Shown piece after piece: positions 18,655-27,887 of a stretch of 50,995 nt of DNA (position 1 is its first letter; each line of letters opens with the position of its first letter). The notes beneath the pieces are model-generated. The model saw only the letters and a program-made list of their open reading frames with translations. It was not told the DNA's origin and searched no databases. The translations under genes and the position numbers were made by a program. This DNA is from an uncultured bacterium (lineage in GTDB: Bacteria; Myxococcota_A; UBA9160; SMWR01), in contig CALDCK010000047.1 in assembly GCA_937937315.1 (NCBI GenBank), forward strand, positions 1-50,995. The letters run 5' to 3'.

Positions 18655-19061
18655 CCGAATCCCCGTCCGACCCCGCACGCCTCCTGCGCATCAGCCTGCG
18701 AGCCAACGCGGTCTTCTCCTCGCTGTCCGGAGCGACCTTCTGCGTGGCAGGTGCCGCCATCGCGGACCTCCTCGGTGTCGAGCCGGCGTTGCTCGTCAAC
18801 GTCGTGGGGCTCAACCTTCTGGTCTTCGCGGGAGTGCTCCTGTTCGTCGCGTCGCGTCGAATGATCTCGCCCCCCATCGCCAACGCGATCATCCTCGCCG
18901 ATCTGGCCTGGGTAGCGGGCAGCTTGCTCCTCGTTCTCGCCGACGTGTTCCATCCGAGCGGCGCCATCGCCGTGCTCTTCGTCGCCAACATCGTGCTCGC
19001 CTTCGCGGTGATCCAGTTCATCGGCGTGCGACGGCTCGTGGGTGCGGGGGCGGCGATCTGA
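18651..19061 (+). CDS. Small integral membrane protein (about 4 TM)
   Basis: Four hydrophobic segments; ATGA-coupled to TetR; RBS AAGGAG. Confidence 0.78.
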   Translation: MTESPSDPARLLRISLRANAVFSSLSGATFCVAGAAIADLLGVEPALLVNVVGLNLLVFAGVLLFVASRRMISPPIANAIILADLAWVAGSLLLVLADVFHPSGAIAVLFVANIVLAFAVIQFIGVRRLVGAGAAI

Positions 19062-19218
19062 CCCACCGCTCCTCCCTCTCGCAGCGCGGCAGACCTGCAG
19101 TATGCGGACTTCCCGAGGCGGCAGGTCGGGATCCGGCGACGCATCCGGCACGTCCCATTTCGTGCTCGAGCCGGGAAGTGTGCGAAGGCCGGCGCACCGC
19201 CGGCCGATAAGAGCATCC

Positions 19219-20400
19219 ATGAATGAACAGCCCCCCGTGGGCGCGCGACGGCGCCGGGTGCAGCCCTGGAAGCTCCTGCTCGGGTGGCCGTGGCTCCTGT
19301 CCTGCACGGCGGTATCTCCGACGCCGGATCTGGCGCGATCCCCTGCACCCTCCCCGGAAGCCGTCGCTGCGGCATCCCCCCAAGCCGTTGCTGCGGCGCC
19401 CCCCGCCGGCGTAACCATCGTCGATCCGGGCCACGGCTCCACCGCTCTGGCGGCGGGCTCGCCGGGCGCCTCTCAGCTCTCGGGCATCGTCTATGCCGGG
19501 GCGGATCGCTACTACGCGATCAGCGATGCCGGCGCCGTGCTCTTCGAGCTCTCCATTCAGATCGACCCGGCCAGCGCCGCGATCCTCTCCGCCTCGGTCG
19601 TGGACTCCCAGGTGTTGGCATCCGGCAGCGACCTCGAGGGGCTCGTCCATCATCCACTCGGCGGCTCGGTGCTGGCGGCCGACGAGGCCGGTCCTGCCAT
19701 CCGCGAGTACCGGCTCTCCGATGGCGCGGAGCTCTCGAGCGTGGCGCTTCCCCCGGTCTACGCCCAGGTGCGCAGCAATCTGAGCCTCGAGTCGCTCTCG
19801 ATGCGGGTGGCGGCGAGCGGCAGTGACGATGCGCTCTGGACGGCGAACGAAGAGGCCCTCGCGGTCGACGGACCGACTGCGACTGCGAGCGCAGGAACCC
19901 TCGTCCGCCTCCAGCGCTTCGACGCGACCTTTGCGCCGGATGGCCAGTGGGCCTACCTCACCGATCCCTATCCCGGCGCTCCCTTCCTCGGCCAGGAGCG
20001 CAGCGGTGTCTCCGACCTGCTCGCGCTTCCCGACGGCGAGCTCCTGGTCCTCGAGCGCAGCTTCAGCTCCGCGCTCTTTCGTGCGCGTCTCTACCAGGTG
20101 GATTTCGACGGTGCGACGGACACCTCGGCTCTCGCGAGCCTCGCGACGGATCCCTTCACGCCGGTTGGGAAGACGCTGCTCTGGGAGCGGACCGGAGTCC
20201 TCGAGAACTTCGAAGGCCTGACCCTCGGACCCCCCCTCGACGCCGGCGATCAGGGCCTGCTGCTCGTCTCGGACAACGGAAGTGGGGCGCCGCAGAGCCT
20301 CTACCCGCTGCGCATCTCCGCGGTTCCGGAGCCGGGGGCCACGACCTCCCTGCTCGTGGGCGTCCTGGGCCTCGTCGCCCTGGCCCGAGCACGCAGCTAA
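19219..20400 (+). CDS. Phytase-like/esterase-like beta-propeller protein with PEP-CTERM sorting signal
   Basis: LSGI..YYAISD, DLEG, NLSLESL, LVLERSF, NFEGLTLGP, LVSDN; C-terminal VPEP + TM + basic tail; start uncertain. Confidence 0.85.
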   Translation: MNEQPPVGARRRRVQPWKLLLGWPWLLSCTAVSPTPDLARSPAPSPEAVAAASPQAVAAAPPAGVTIVDPGHGSTALAAGSPGASQLSGIVYAGADRYYAISDAGAVLFELSIQIDPASAAILSASVVDSQVLASGSDLEGLVHHPLGGSVLAADEAGPAIREYRLSDGAELSSVALPPVYAQVRSNLSLESLSMRVAASGSDDALWTANEEALAVDGPTATASAGTLVRLQRFDATFAPDGQWAYLTDPYPGAPFLGQERSGVSDLLALPDGELLVLERSFSSALFRARLYQVDFDGATDTSALASLATDPFTPVGKTLLWERTGVLENFEGLTLGPPLDAGDQGLLLVSDNGSGAPQSLYPLRISAVPEPGATTSLLVGVLGLVALARARS

Positions 20401-22121
20401 TCCGCCGGCGCCTCGTGTGGCGCCGATCGTCGCTGTCGGGCCCGCTCGATCGCGGGGCGCACCTCGCGCGCGAGGTAGTCCTCGATCAGCGCATCGTAGT
20501 AGCCGGTATTGAGCCGCCAGATCTCCCGCAGGCGCGCGCCGTCGAGTAGGGGGCCGCGGGTCACGAGTCGGACCTTGTCGTAGTAGGTCTTCAGGCTCGG
20601 GTCCTTCAGGAGATTCCCGCCCCCGGCCACCGACGCGACGTAGCCCTCGGGGATCCGGCGCAGGAAGTGTCCCGACTTCCACTCCTCGATGCGCGCGGGT
20701 CGCATGGCCGGGAGCCGCGCGAGCAGCGGGTCGGTGAGACCGACCCGATCGATCACGAACTTGCGGGGGCCGGCGGCGTAACCGAAGTAGCCGATCGCCT
20801 CGCCGTGCATGAATCCGCCCACGTGCACTCGCTGCGGGCTCGCGCGGAACTGAAGCCCTCCCTGGTACCAGAGATTGTCGGGCCCGTAGGTGGCGCCGGG
20901 CTTCCAGTTGCTCGTCAGCGGGACGAAGTCGGGATAGATGAACTTCTTGGCGTCGATGTAGCTGCGTGCAGCGAGGAGCTCGTCCTCTCCGAGCGGCCGC
21001 GAGCGGAAGAGGGTGCGTTCGGAGTCGTAGGCCTTCGTTCCGAACTTGATGGCGGCCGCCGGGTTCAGGACGTTGAAGGCGAGCAGAGCCGCCCCGATTC
21101 CCGCGGCTCCCCTGCGGCTGTCGAGCACGTGGACGAAGAGCCCGATCGCCAGGAAGAGGGGCACGGCCGCGAAGCGTCCGGTCAGGTGGGTGGCGGAGCC
21201 GGCGTAGAGCGCCACGTAGACGAGGTAAGCGACCACGCCGGCGTAGAGCGCGAGACAGGCGCGGTCTCGTCTGCGCAGGCAGAGTGCGATCCCGGCCGCC
21301 ATCAGGGCGTAGAGAGGGAGGTCCCACTCGGCGCTGTTGCGCAGGTAGTCGAGGCCCCGTTCCAGGCGCCAGGCAGCGGGAAAGCCGGTAGCGGAGAGCT
21401 TCGCATAGGACGTATTCGGGAAGACGGACCCGTAGTAGAGGAGCGAGAAGCCGAGCCAGGCTGCGGCCGGCACGGTGGCGGCCGCGGCCTTCGCCCACGC
21501 GGCCCGCGAGAGCGCGCGCCCCCGGATCGCGGCCCACCCCAGGAGCGCCGGTGCGTAGAGAAGGATCGTGTCCTGGCGATTCAAGAAGGCCAGGGTGGCG
21601 AAGAGCGAGAGCCCCACGAAGCGGCTCTCCAGGCGCCACCGCGGCGACAGCAGGCAGATGGCAAAGGCGGTGGCGAGAAGATACGAGAGCGGATTCTCGA
21701 GCCCCGAAGACGCGTAGTCGATCACCGCCTTCGACGAGAGCAGGGCCAGGACCGTGAGGGGGACCTTCCAGAGATCGCGGCGGAACCCGTCGGTCGCGAG
21801 CCAGGCCATTCCGCCGACAGCCGCCAGGGAGAGCACGAGATTGGCGGAGATGGCGGTGAGATAGACCTCCTCCGTGAGGGCGACGAGGGCGGAGACGACG
21901 AAGAACCACAGGGGGTGGGTGTAGGCCTGGACGCGCTCGTCGACGTTCCAGCGCAGGCCGTGACCATTCAGGAAGTTCTCGACGCTGCGAAACGTGATGT
22001 AGGCGTCGTCGAGGATCCAGGCGTTGACGGCGAGGACGTAGACGAGGAGCAGGAGAGGGGCGAGCACCGCGAGGCCCAGCCGACCCAATCGCCGCGCGGC
22101 CCCCCTGGCGACTACGCTCAT
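20397..22121 (-). CDS. GT-C type multi-TM glycosyltransferase (AftB-like)
   Basis: DDAYITFRSVENFLNGHGLRWNVDERVQAYTHPLW, SSGLENPL, DRVGLTDPLLARLP, GHF.R.IP. Confidence 0.8.
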   Translation of the reverse strand: MSVVARGAARRLGRLGLAVLAPLLLLVYVLAVNAWILDDAYITFRSVENFLNGHGLRWNVDERVQAYTHPLWFFVVSALVALTEEVYLTAISANLVLSLAAVGGMAWLATDGFRRDLWKVPLTVLALLSSKAVIDYASSGLENPLSYLLATAFAICLLSPRWRLESRFVGLSLFATLAFLNRQDTILLYAPALLGWAAIRGRALSRAAWAKAAAATVPAAAWLGFSLLYYGSVFPNTSYAKLSATGFPAAWRLERGLDYLRNSAEWDLPLYALMAAGIALCLRRRDRACLALYAGVVAYLVYVALYAGSATHLTGRFAAVPLFLAIGLFVHVLDSRRGAAGIGAALLAFNVLNPAAAIKFGTKAYDSERTLFRSRPLGEDELLAARSYIDAKKFIYPDFVPLTSNWKPGATYGPDNLWYQGGLQFRASPQRVHVGGFMHGEAIGYFGYAAGPRKFVIDRVGLTDPLLARLPAMRPARIEEWKSGHFLRRIPEGYVASVAGGGNLLKDPSLKTYYDKVRLVTRGPLLDGARLREIWRLNTGYYDALIEDYLAREVRPAIERARQRRSAPHEAPAD

Positions 22122-22237
22122 CGGCCGAGCCCCATCGGGCTATGGTAGTGGATCGAAGCGCACCGCCGGCTCGCATCCGGATCCGGCCGGGTCGGACGAT
22201 GGCGCGGCTGCGCCGAGACGAGGAGGCGTCGCCCCAC

Positions 22238-23089
22238 ATGGCCCTCGGCCCCGACGACCTGGTTCTCTGTGCCGGCACCCTGGCGCGGGTGCCGCTTCGG
22301 GAGCGCGTGGAGATCGCGGCCGCCACGGGCTTCCGCGGGATCTCGCTCTTCCTCGACGACCTGGAGGGCGCCCGTCGCAGCGGTCTGTCCGACGCCGACC
22401 TGCGCGCCCTGCTCCAGGCGAACGGCCTCCAGGTCGCCGAGCTCGATCCGCTCATGCACTGGATTCCCGAACCGGGAGACGCGAGGGCGACCGCGGAAGG
22501 CAAGGGCTTCCTACGTTGGGGCGAGGAGGATTTCTACGACGCGGCAGCCGCCGTCGATGCCCGCTCGATCAACGCGGTGCTGTTCGCGAGTCGACCCGTC
22601 GAGGAGGGGCGACTCGTCGAGTCCTTCGCGGCGTTGTGCGACCGCGCGCGGGAGCGCAGTCTGCTGGTGCATCTCGAGTTCATGCCCTTCTCCCAGGTGA
22701 GCGACGTCTCGAGCGCCCTCTCCATCGTCGAGGCCGCCGGGCGCAGCAACGGGGGTGTGATGTTCGACGTCTGGCACCACTTTCGGGGCGGCGGATCCGC
22801 CGAGGCCCTGGCCCGCGCCGCGCCTCGGGTGCTGGGGATCCAGCTCGACGATGCTCCGGCGCAGGCGGAGTCGAACGTGGTGGACGAGACCCTCCACCGT
22901 CGCCTTCTTCCGGGGGAGGGAGACGCCGATGTGGCCGAGCAGATCCGCATCCTCGACGCCGGTGGCTGTCGGGCTCCCCTCGGAGTCGAGGTCTTCTGCG
23001 ATGATCTCGCGACCCTGGCACCGATCGAGGTGGCGCAGCGCTGTGCCGAAGCCACTCGGCGGGTCGTGGCCGAGGCGAGAGCTCGTTAG
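22238..23089 (+). CDS. Sugar phosphate isomerase/epimerase (xylose isomerase-like TIM barrel)
   Basis: LEFMP, DVWH, QLDD, RLLPGEG, GVEVF; RBS AGGAGG. Confidence 0.88.
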   Translation: MALGPDDLVLCAGTLARVPLRERVEIAAATGFRGISLFLDDLEGARRSGLSDADLRALLQANGLQVAELDPLMHWIPEPGDARATAEGKGFLRWGEEDFYDAAAAVDARSINAVLFASRPVEEGRLVESFAALCDRARERSLLVHLEFMPFSQVSDVSSALSIVEAAGRSNGGVMFDVWHHFRGGGSAEALARAAPRVLGIQLDDAPAQAESNVVDETLHRRLLPGEGDADVAEQIRILDAGGCRAPLGVEVFCDDLATLAPIEVAQRCAEATRRVVAEARAR

Positions 23090-23107
23090 CCCTCGGAGCG
23101 GGAGGGA

Positions 23108-24838
23108 TCAGGCCTCGGCGTCCTCGGGCTCGTGGATCATCACGCAGTTCTTGCCGGCGGCCTTGGCGCGGTAGAGCGCGGCATCGGCGTCGGCGAAGAG
23201 CTTGCTGCGGCTGTCCCGGTAGGCGGCGACTCCGATCGAGATCGTCATCCGCCGCGGTCGCTTCGTCTCGTCCACGATGAAGGAGGACTCCGCGACCTTG
23301 GTGCGCAGCTTCTCGCCCAGCAGAGCCGCCCCGGGTGCGTTGGTGGTCGTGGCCACGATCACGAACTCCTCACCTCCGTAGCGGGCCAGCAGATCGGTCT
23401 CCCGCACGGACTCTCGCAGGATCTGCGCCAGCTGTCTCAGGAACTCGTCGCCGGCGGCGTGGCCGAAGCTGTCGTTCAGCTTCTTGAAGTCGTCGATGTC
23501 GATGATGAGCATGGACAGGCCCAGGCCGGCCCGGCTCAGCCGCTTCTCCTCGCGTCGGAGCTGATCCTGGAAATAGCGGTGATTGTTGAGCTCGGTGAGA
23601 CCGTCGGTGACGGAGAGCCTCGAGAGGATCTGGTGCTCCTTCTGGAATGCCTGGTTCTGCTCGCTCAGGGCGCGCAGATTCTGCTCGCGCTGCTGATGAT
23701 CGGCGAGGAGCTTCGCCGTCATCCCGTTGAAGGCCCGGAAGAGCGCGCCCACCGGACCGAGCAGGCGACCGGCCGGGAGCTGGACGTCGAAGTCCCCGGC
23801 GGTCACTCGCCGAATGGCCTTGGTGACGGCGACCAGGGGTCGCACCGACCGCCCCGCCATCATCGAGGCGAGTGTTCCCATGCCGAGGATCAGACACCCG
23901 CTCACGAACACGAGTCCGGGCAGGATGACCGCGAGGGGCGCGAAGGCCTGCTCCACGCCCTGCTGCACGACGAGGGTCCAGCCGAGATCCTCGAGGGGCA
24001 GCGCGCTCGCCAGAGCCCAGGCGAGGGGAGTCTCGCCCGCGCGGCGGATCAGATGGGCGCCGGGAGCGTCGGCGGCGTCGCGTCGATCGCGCGGGATGGA
24101 CGCCAGCTCGACACCGACCCCCACCCCGGTCTCGGCCAGGATGCGATCCCCGGCGTCGAGGATCCGGACGGACCCGGCCCCGGCCAGCTGCTCGGCATGG
24201 AGGCTCTCGGCCATCCGCTCCGGGTGGAGCAGGCCGTGGATGGAGCCCGGGGATCCCAGCTTCGCATCGCGGAGGGGGCTCGAGACGATCGCCAGGGGCA
24301 TCCCTTCCCTCGGCTCGACGATCTGGATGGCGGTGTCGTCGCTCGAGGTGAGGGCCCGACGCAGGTCTGCCGAGCGCATGGCCTCGCTCAGTCCCGAGTC
24401 GAGGGCGCGCTTCGGCATCGCCACGGCCATGAGCTCGTCGAAGCTCACGCCTTCGCCGGCTGCGGCGAGGGGATCACCCTCCGGTGTCAGAACGAGCAGG
24501 CCGGAGAAGGAGCGGGAACGGGTCAGATGCTCGGTGAGACCGAGGGAGAGATCCGTGTGGGAACGGCGCAGCGCCATGTGTCGGAGCGTGGCGTCGCCCG
24601 CGATCGCCTCGATCTCGGCGCCTCCGTCCGAGACGAGCCGATTCAGGTGCTCGGCGCTCCAGCGCAGCGCCGTCGCCTGGGCTTCCTCGGCCCGCTCGCG
24701 AGCGAGATGATAGGTCGCGAAGGCGGCGAGCCCGCCCAGGGTGATGGAGCACACCACCGCGGACAGAACGGTGAGACGGACCATTCTGCGACCGATGCCA
24801 CCCTTGGGCAGCACTTCATTCTCCGTCGACTTCGCCAT
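23108..24838 (-). CDS. Membrane sensor diguanylate cyclase (periplasmic Cache-like domain, HAMP, GGDEF)
   Basis: Two TM segments, HAMP-like linker, TDGLTELNN, DIDDFKKLND.FGH, RETD I-site, GGEEF; RBS GGGAGGA. Confidence 0.92.
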   Translation of the reverse strand: MAKSTENEVLPKGGIGRRMVRLTVLSAVVCSITLGGLAAFATYHLARERAEEAQATALRWSAEHLNRLVSDGGAEIEAIAGDATLRHMALRRSHTDLSLGLTEHLTRSRSFSGLLVLTPEGDPLAAAGEGVSFDELMAVAMPKRALDSGLSEAMRSADLRRALTSSDDTAIQIVEPREGMPLAIVSSPLRDAKLGSPGSIHGLLHPERMAESLHAEQLAGAGSVRILDAGDRILAETGVGVGVELASIPRDRRDAADAPGAHLIRRAGETPLAWALASALPLEDLGWTLVVQQGVEQAFAPLAVILPGLVFVSGCLILGMGTLASMMAGRSVRPLVAVTKAIRRVTAGDFDVQLPAGRLLGPVGALFRAFNGMTAKLLADHQQREQNLRALSEQNQAFQKEHQILSRLSVTDGLTELNNHRYFQDQLRREEKRLSRAGLGLSMLIIDIDDFKKLNDSFGHAAGDEFLRQLAQILRESVRETDLLARYGGEEFVIVATTTNAPGAALLGEKLRTKVAESSFIVDETKRPRRMTISIGVAAYRDSRSKLFADADAALYRAKAAGKNCVMIHEPEDAEA

Positions 24839-24978
24839 GCTCCTCCCGAACGTCGCGGCATCCCTCATCGACGAGACGAGGCGCCGGCTTGACACCGCGG
24901 GGTGTCCCTTTTCGGTGTCGGAGGAGGGCTCGGCTTCAAGCTCAGGGGGGTGCGTGTCGATGAGATAGGAACCCGAGA

Positions 24979-26976
24979 ATGCTCAGTCTTTCCATCCGGA
25001 ATCGCGTTCGCGGCCTCGCGCGTCCGACGGCGGCCTCGCTGATCGGGTTGCTGCTGCTCGCCCCGGCGGCTCCCGCGGCGCCGACCCGGCCCGGTCCCAT
25101 CCCCGCGGAACGCCTGGTCTTCCTCCTCCAGTACATCGCCCTCGACTACGGGTTGGCGGTCGAGGAGGGGGAGATCGCGAGCCCCTTCGAGTACGAGGAG
25201 ATGCTCCGGTTCAGCCAGCTCCTGGTGGACGAGAGCGAGGCGTTGCGCTCGCGCGGGGCCTCGGCGGAGACCGGGGCCGGCCTCTCGGAGCTGCGGGAGC
25301 GTATTCGCGATCGGAGGCCCTGGGACGGCGTGCGAGAGCTCGCCACCGCCCTCGCGGCCGAGCTGGCCGCGGAGCTGGACCTGGTCACCCTGCCGGCCTC
25401 GACACCGGACGTCGAGCGTGGACGTCGTTTCTACCTGCGTACGTGTGCCGCCTGTCACGGGCTGAGGGGGCGTGGGGACGGTCCCTCCGCGGCCGAGCAG
25501 GATCCGCCGCCCACCGCCTTCGACGGGCCGCGCATGAACCGGGTTACGCCCCACCAGGTGGTCGGCGCCGTCGAGTTCGGCATCGAGGGCACGGCCATGC
25601 CCGCCTTCGGAGCGAGCCTGGACCGTGCGAAGCTCTGGGACATCGCATTCTTCGTCATGACCCTGCGCTCGGGATTTGCGCCCCATCCGCCGGAGCTCCC
25701 GCTTCCGATCACCCTGGCGGATCTGGCCGGGCGTTCGAACGAGGAGCTGCTGGCCGCGGCGCAGGAGGTCGACGCGAGCGCCCACCCCGCCTACATCGAT
25801 CACCTGCGGGCGACTCCGGCCGAGGCGCAGGGACCGGTCGTGCCCCGGTCTGCCGCCGCCGTCGATTCCACCCCGCGCGTGGTCCTGGACCCGCAGAGCG
25901 ACCTCGAGGTCGCGCTTCGGCTCCAGGGCGCCTTCGCCGCCGTCGCAGAGGCCGTCGCGCCCAGCGTGGTGGGGGTGACGGGGCTGGTGCGGAGCGACGC
26001 GTCGCCCACCTCGGACGCCGGCCCCGGCGCCTGGCGCGAGGGCAGCGTCGAGGAGCGCCTCTATCCCGGGCTTCGGCCCGCGCGCAGCGGAAGCGGGTTC
26101 TTCGTCAGCGCCGACGGTCGGATCCTCACCGCCCAACGTCTCCTGATTGACGAGAGCGACCAGCCGGTCGAGGCCGTCGACATCGAGCTCCACGACGGCC
26201 GGCACCGGACCGCGCGAATCGTCGCCACCGAGCCCACCATCGATCTCGCCGTCGTTGCGCTCGAAGAGTCCCAGTGGGCGCCGACGCCGAAGCTGAATCC
26301 GGTGCGGATCGGAGAGAGTGATCGGGTCCGGGTGGGCCATTGGGTCATCGCCCTGGGAAACCCCCCGGGCCCCGGCAGGACCTTCGCGGTGGGAACGCTG
26401 TCGAGTCCGCCGGAGCGCCAGTGTTACCAGGGTGATCTCACCGCCACCCTCATGCAGACCTCGCTGGACGTTCCGATGGGCGGCCACGGGGGCCCGCTCC
26501 TGAACATCGAGGGGGACGTCGTGGGCATGATGGTGCCCGGCCCCGGTGTCGACCTCGCGGCACTCTTCGCCTCCGAGCGGGAGCTGCGCTCGGCGCTACC
26601 CATGGATCTGGCGATGGCCATCTACGAGCCCCTCGTCCGGAGCGAGACCAATCGCTCTCCGTGGCTGGGATTCTCGGTGCTCGAGCTCGACGCGGCGCCG
26701 GCGAGGCGGGTGGATGGGAGCGACGGGTCACCGCAGACCGGCGTCTACATCGACGACGTCTTCGATCCCAGCCCCGCTTCGGTCGCGGGCATCCGGGTGG
26801 GCGACGCGCTGCTCGCGATCGACGGGAATCGTCTCGACTCCGTGGGCGCGTTCCAGCGCTGGCTGTATCGGTCGGGAATCGGGCGCGAGATCGCGCTCTC
26901 GATCTGGCGCGGAGGCGAGATCCTCGAGAGGCGGGTGGTGGTGGAGGAGCGCCCCGCGGCCGTCGCGCCGCGCTGA
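24979..26976 (+). CDS. Secreted cytochrome c / HtrA-like trypsin-fold / PDZ fusion protein with degenerate catalytic triad
   Basis: Signal peptide; LLQYIALDY..A...G....EYEEM; CAACHG and GIEGTAMPAF; APSVVGV, SGSGF, DLAVV, ALGNP, GGPLLNIEGDVVG; PWLGF...SPA..AGIRVGD PDZ. Confidence 0.85.
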   Translation: MLSLSIRNRVRGLARPTAASLIGLLLLAPAAPAAPTRPGPIPAERLVFLLQYIALDYGLAVEEGEIASPFEYEEMLRFSQLLVDESEALRSRGASAETGAGLSELRERIRDRRPWDGVRELATALAAELAAELDLVTLPASTPDVERGRRFYLRTCAACHGLRGRGDGPSAAEQDPPPTAFDGPRMNRVTPHQVVGAVEFGIEGTAMPAFGASLDRAKLWDIAFFVMTLRSGFAPHPPELPLPITLADLAGRSNEELLAAAQEVDASAHPAYIDHLRATPAEAQGPVVPRSAAAVDSTPRVVLDPQSDLEVALRLQGAFAAVAEAVAPSVVGVTGLVRSDASPTSDAGPGAWREGSVEERLYPGLRPARSGSGFFVSADGRILTAQRLLIDESDQPVEAVDIELHDGRHRTARIVATEPTIDLAVVALEESQWAPTPKLNPVRIGESDRVRVGHWVIALGNPPGPGRTFAVGTLSSPPERQCYQGDLTATLMQTSLDVPMGGHGGPLLNIEGDVVGMMVPGPGVDLAALFASERELRSALPMDLAMAIYEPLVRSETNRSPWLGFSVLELDAAPARRVDGSDGSPQTGVYIDDVFDPSPASVAGIRVGDALLAIDGNRLDSVGAFQRWLYRSGIGREIALSIWRGGEILERRVVVEERPAAVAPR

Positions 26977-27878
26977 TCCTCGACGTCGCGGAGGAAGGAC
27001 ACCAGAGCGCTGGCGATCTGGGCCGGCCGTTCCGGCAGCAACGCGTGTCCGGCGCCGCGGATCGGGACCAGGCGCACCCGATCCGGGAACTCGGCGAGCA
27101 GCGCTTCACCCGCCGTCGCCGGCGGCGCGATCGCGTCCTGGTCGGCCTGGAGGACGAGCATGGGCGCTCGCCCTCCGGCCCAGAAGTCGGCGCTCTGGCC
27201 GGTGCGCACGGCCTCGCCCTGGGCGAGTCCGCCCCACAGCCACCAGCCGGTCTGCCAGTGCTCCGGGATCTCGTTCTCGGCGGCGAAGAAGGCGCGTCGC
27301 AGCTCCGGCTCGCGCCGCGACCAGGGCAGGAAGGTCGAGCTCGAGACGAGGATCGCCTCGGTGAGCCGCGGGGGGACGGGCTCGCGTCCGCCGGCGGCGA
27401 TCAGCGCGACGCTGCGCGTGCGTTCCGGGTAGCGGGCCGCGAAGGTCCGCGCGATCTGGTTGCCGAAGGCGTGGCCCACGACGTGAACCGACTCGCGAGA
27501 TGCGAGCTCCGCAGCGCTGAGCACGACGTCGACGTCGCTGGCCAGGTCGGCTCGGGTGGGGCTCGCGAGGGGGCCGCCGCCGTCGCTGCCACCGATGCCC
27601 CGGGATTCGACGGCCAGGGTGCGGAAGCCTTCGCGGTGCAGGGTCTCGGCCAGCTCGTTGAAGTCGCTCACGGGGCGGGCAAAGCTCGCGAGCAGGACGA
27701 CGCAGGGCCCCGCTCCGCCGTCGTAGTAGGTGATCCCCAGATCGTTCGAGAATCCCCGCCCGGGAGTGCCCACCGCCGGGCGCGTGCCTCGGCCCTGGAG
27801 CGAGGCGCCGACGAAGTAGAGAGCGGCAACGAGGCAGAGCCCGACGATGCCGACCGTAGTCTTCACGGCACGGAGCAC
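26745..27878 (-). CDS. Alpha/beta-fold hydrolase-like protein with N-terminal anchor and GHAFG elbow
   Basis: RGIGGS, VVGHAFGN, QADQD, GAGHALLPERP; C-terminal ~77 codons run antisense into the neighbour; start may be GTG 27866. Confidence 0.8.
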   Translation of the reverse strand: MLRAVKTTVGIVGLCLVAALYFVGASLQGRGTRPAVGTPGRGFSNDLGITYYDGGAGPCVVLLASFARPVSDFNELAETLHREGFRTLAVESRGIGGSDGGGPLASPTRADLASDVDVVLSAAELASRESVHVVGHAFGNQIARTFAARYPERTRSVALIAAGGREPVPPRLTEAILVSSSTFLPWSRREPELRRAFFAAENEIPEHWQTGWWLWGGLAQGEAVRTGQSADFWAGGRAPMLVLQADQDAIAPPATAGEALLAEFPDRVRLVPIRGAGHALLPERPAQIASALVSFLRDVEDQRGATAAGRSSTTTRLSRISPPRQIESAISRPIPDRYSQRWNAPTESRRFPSIASSASPTRMPATEAGLGSKTSSM

Positions 27879-27887
27879 GGAGGACGC

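Noticed and set aside
19018-22503. 1161-aa minus-strand ORF
   Set aside because: Arg/Pro-rich off-frame shadow of the GT-C and PEP-CTERM genes
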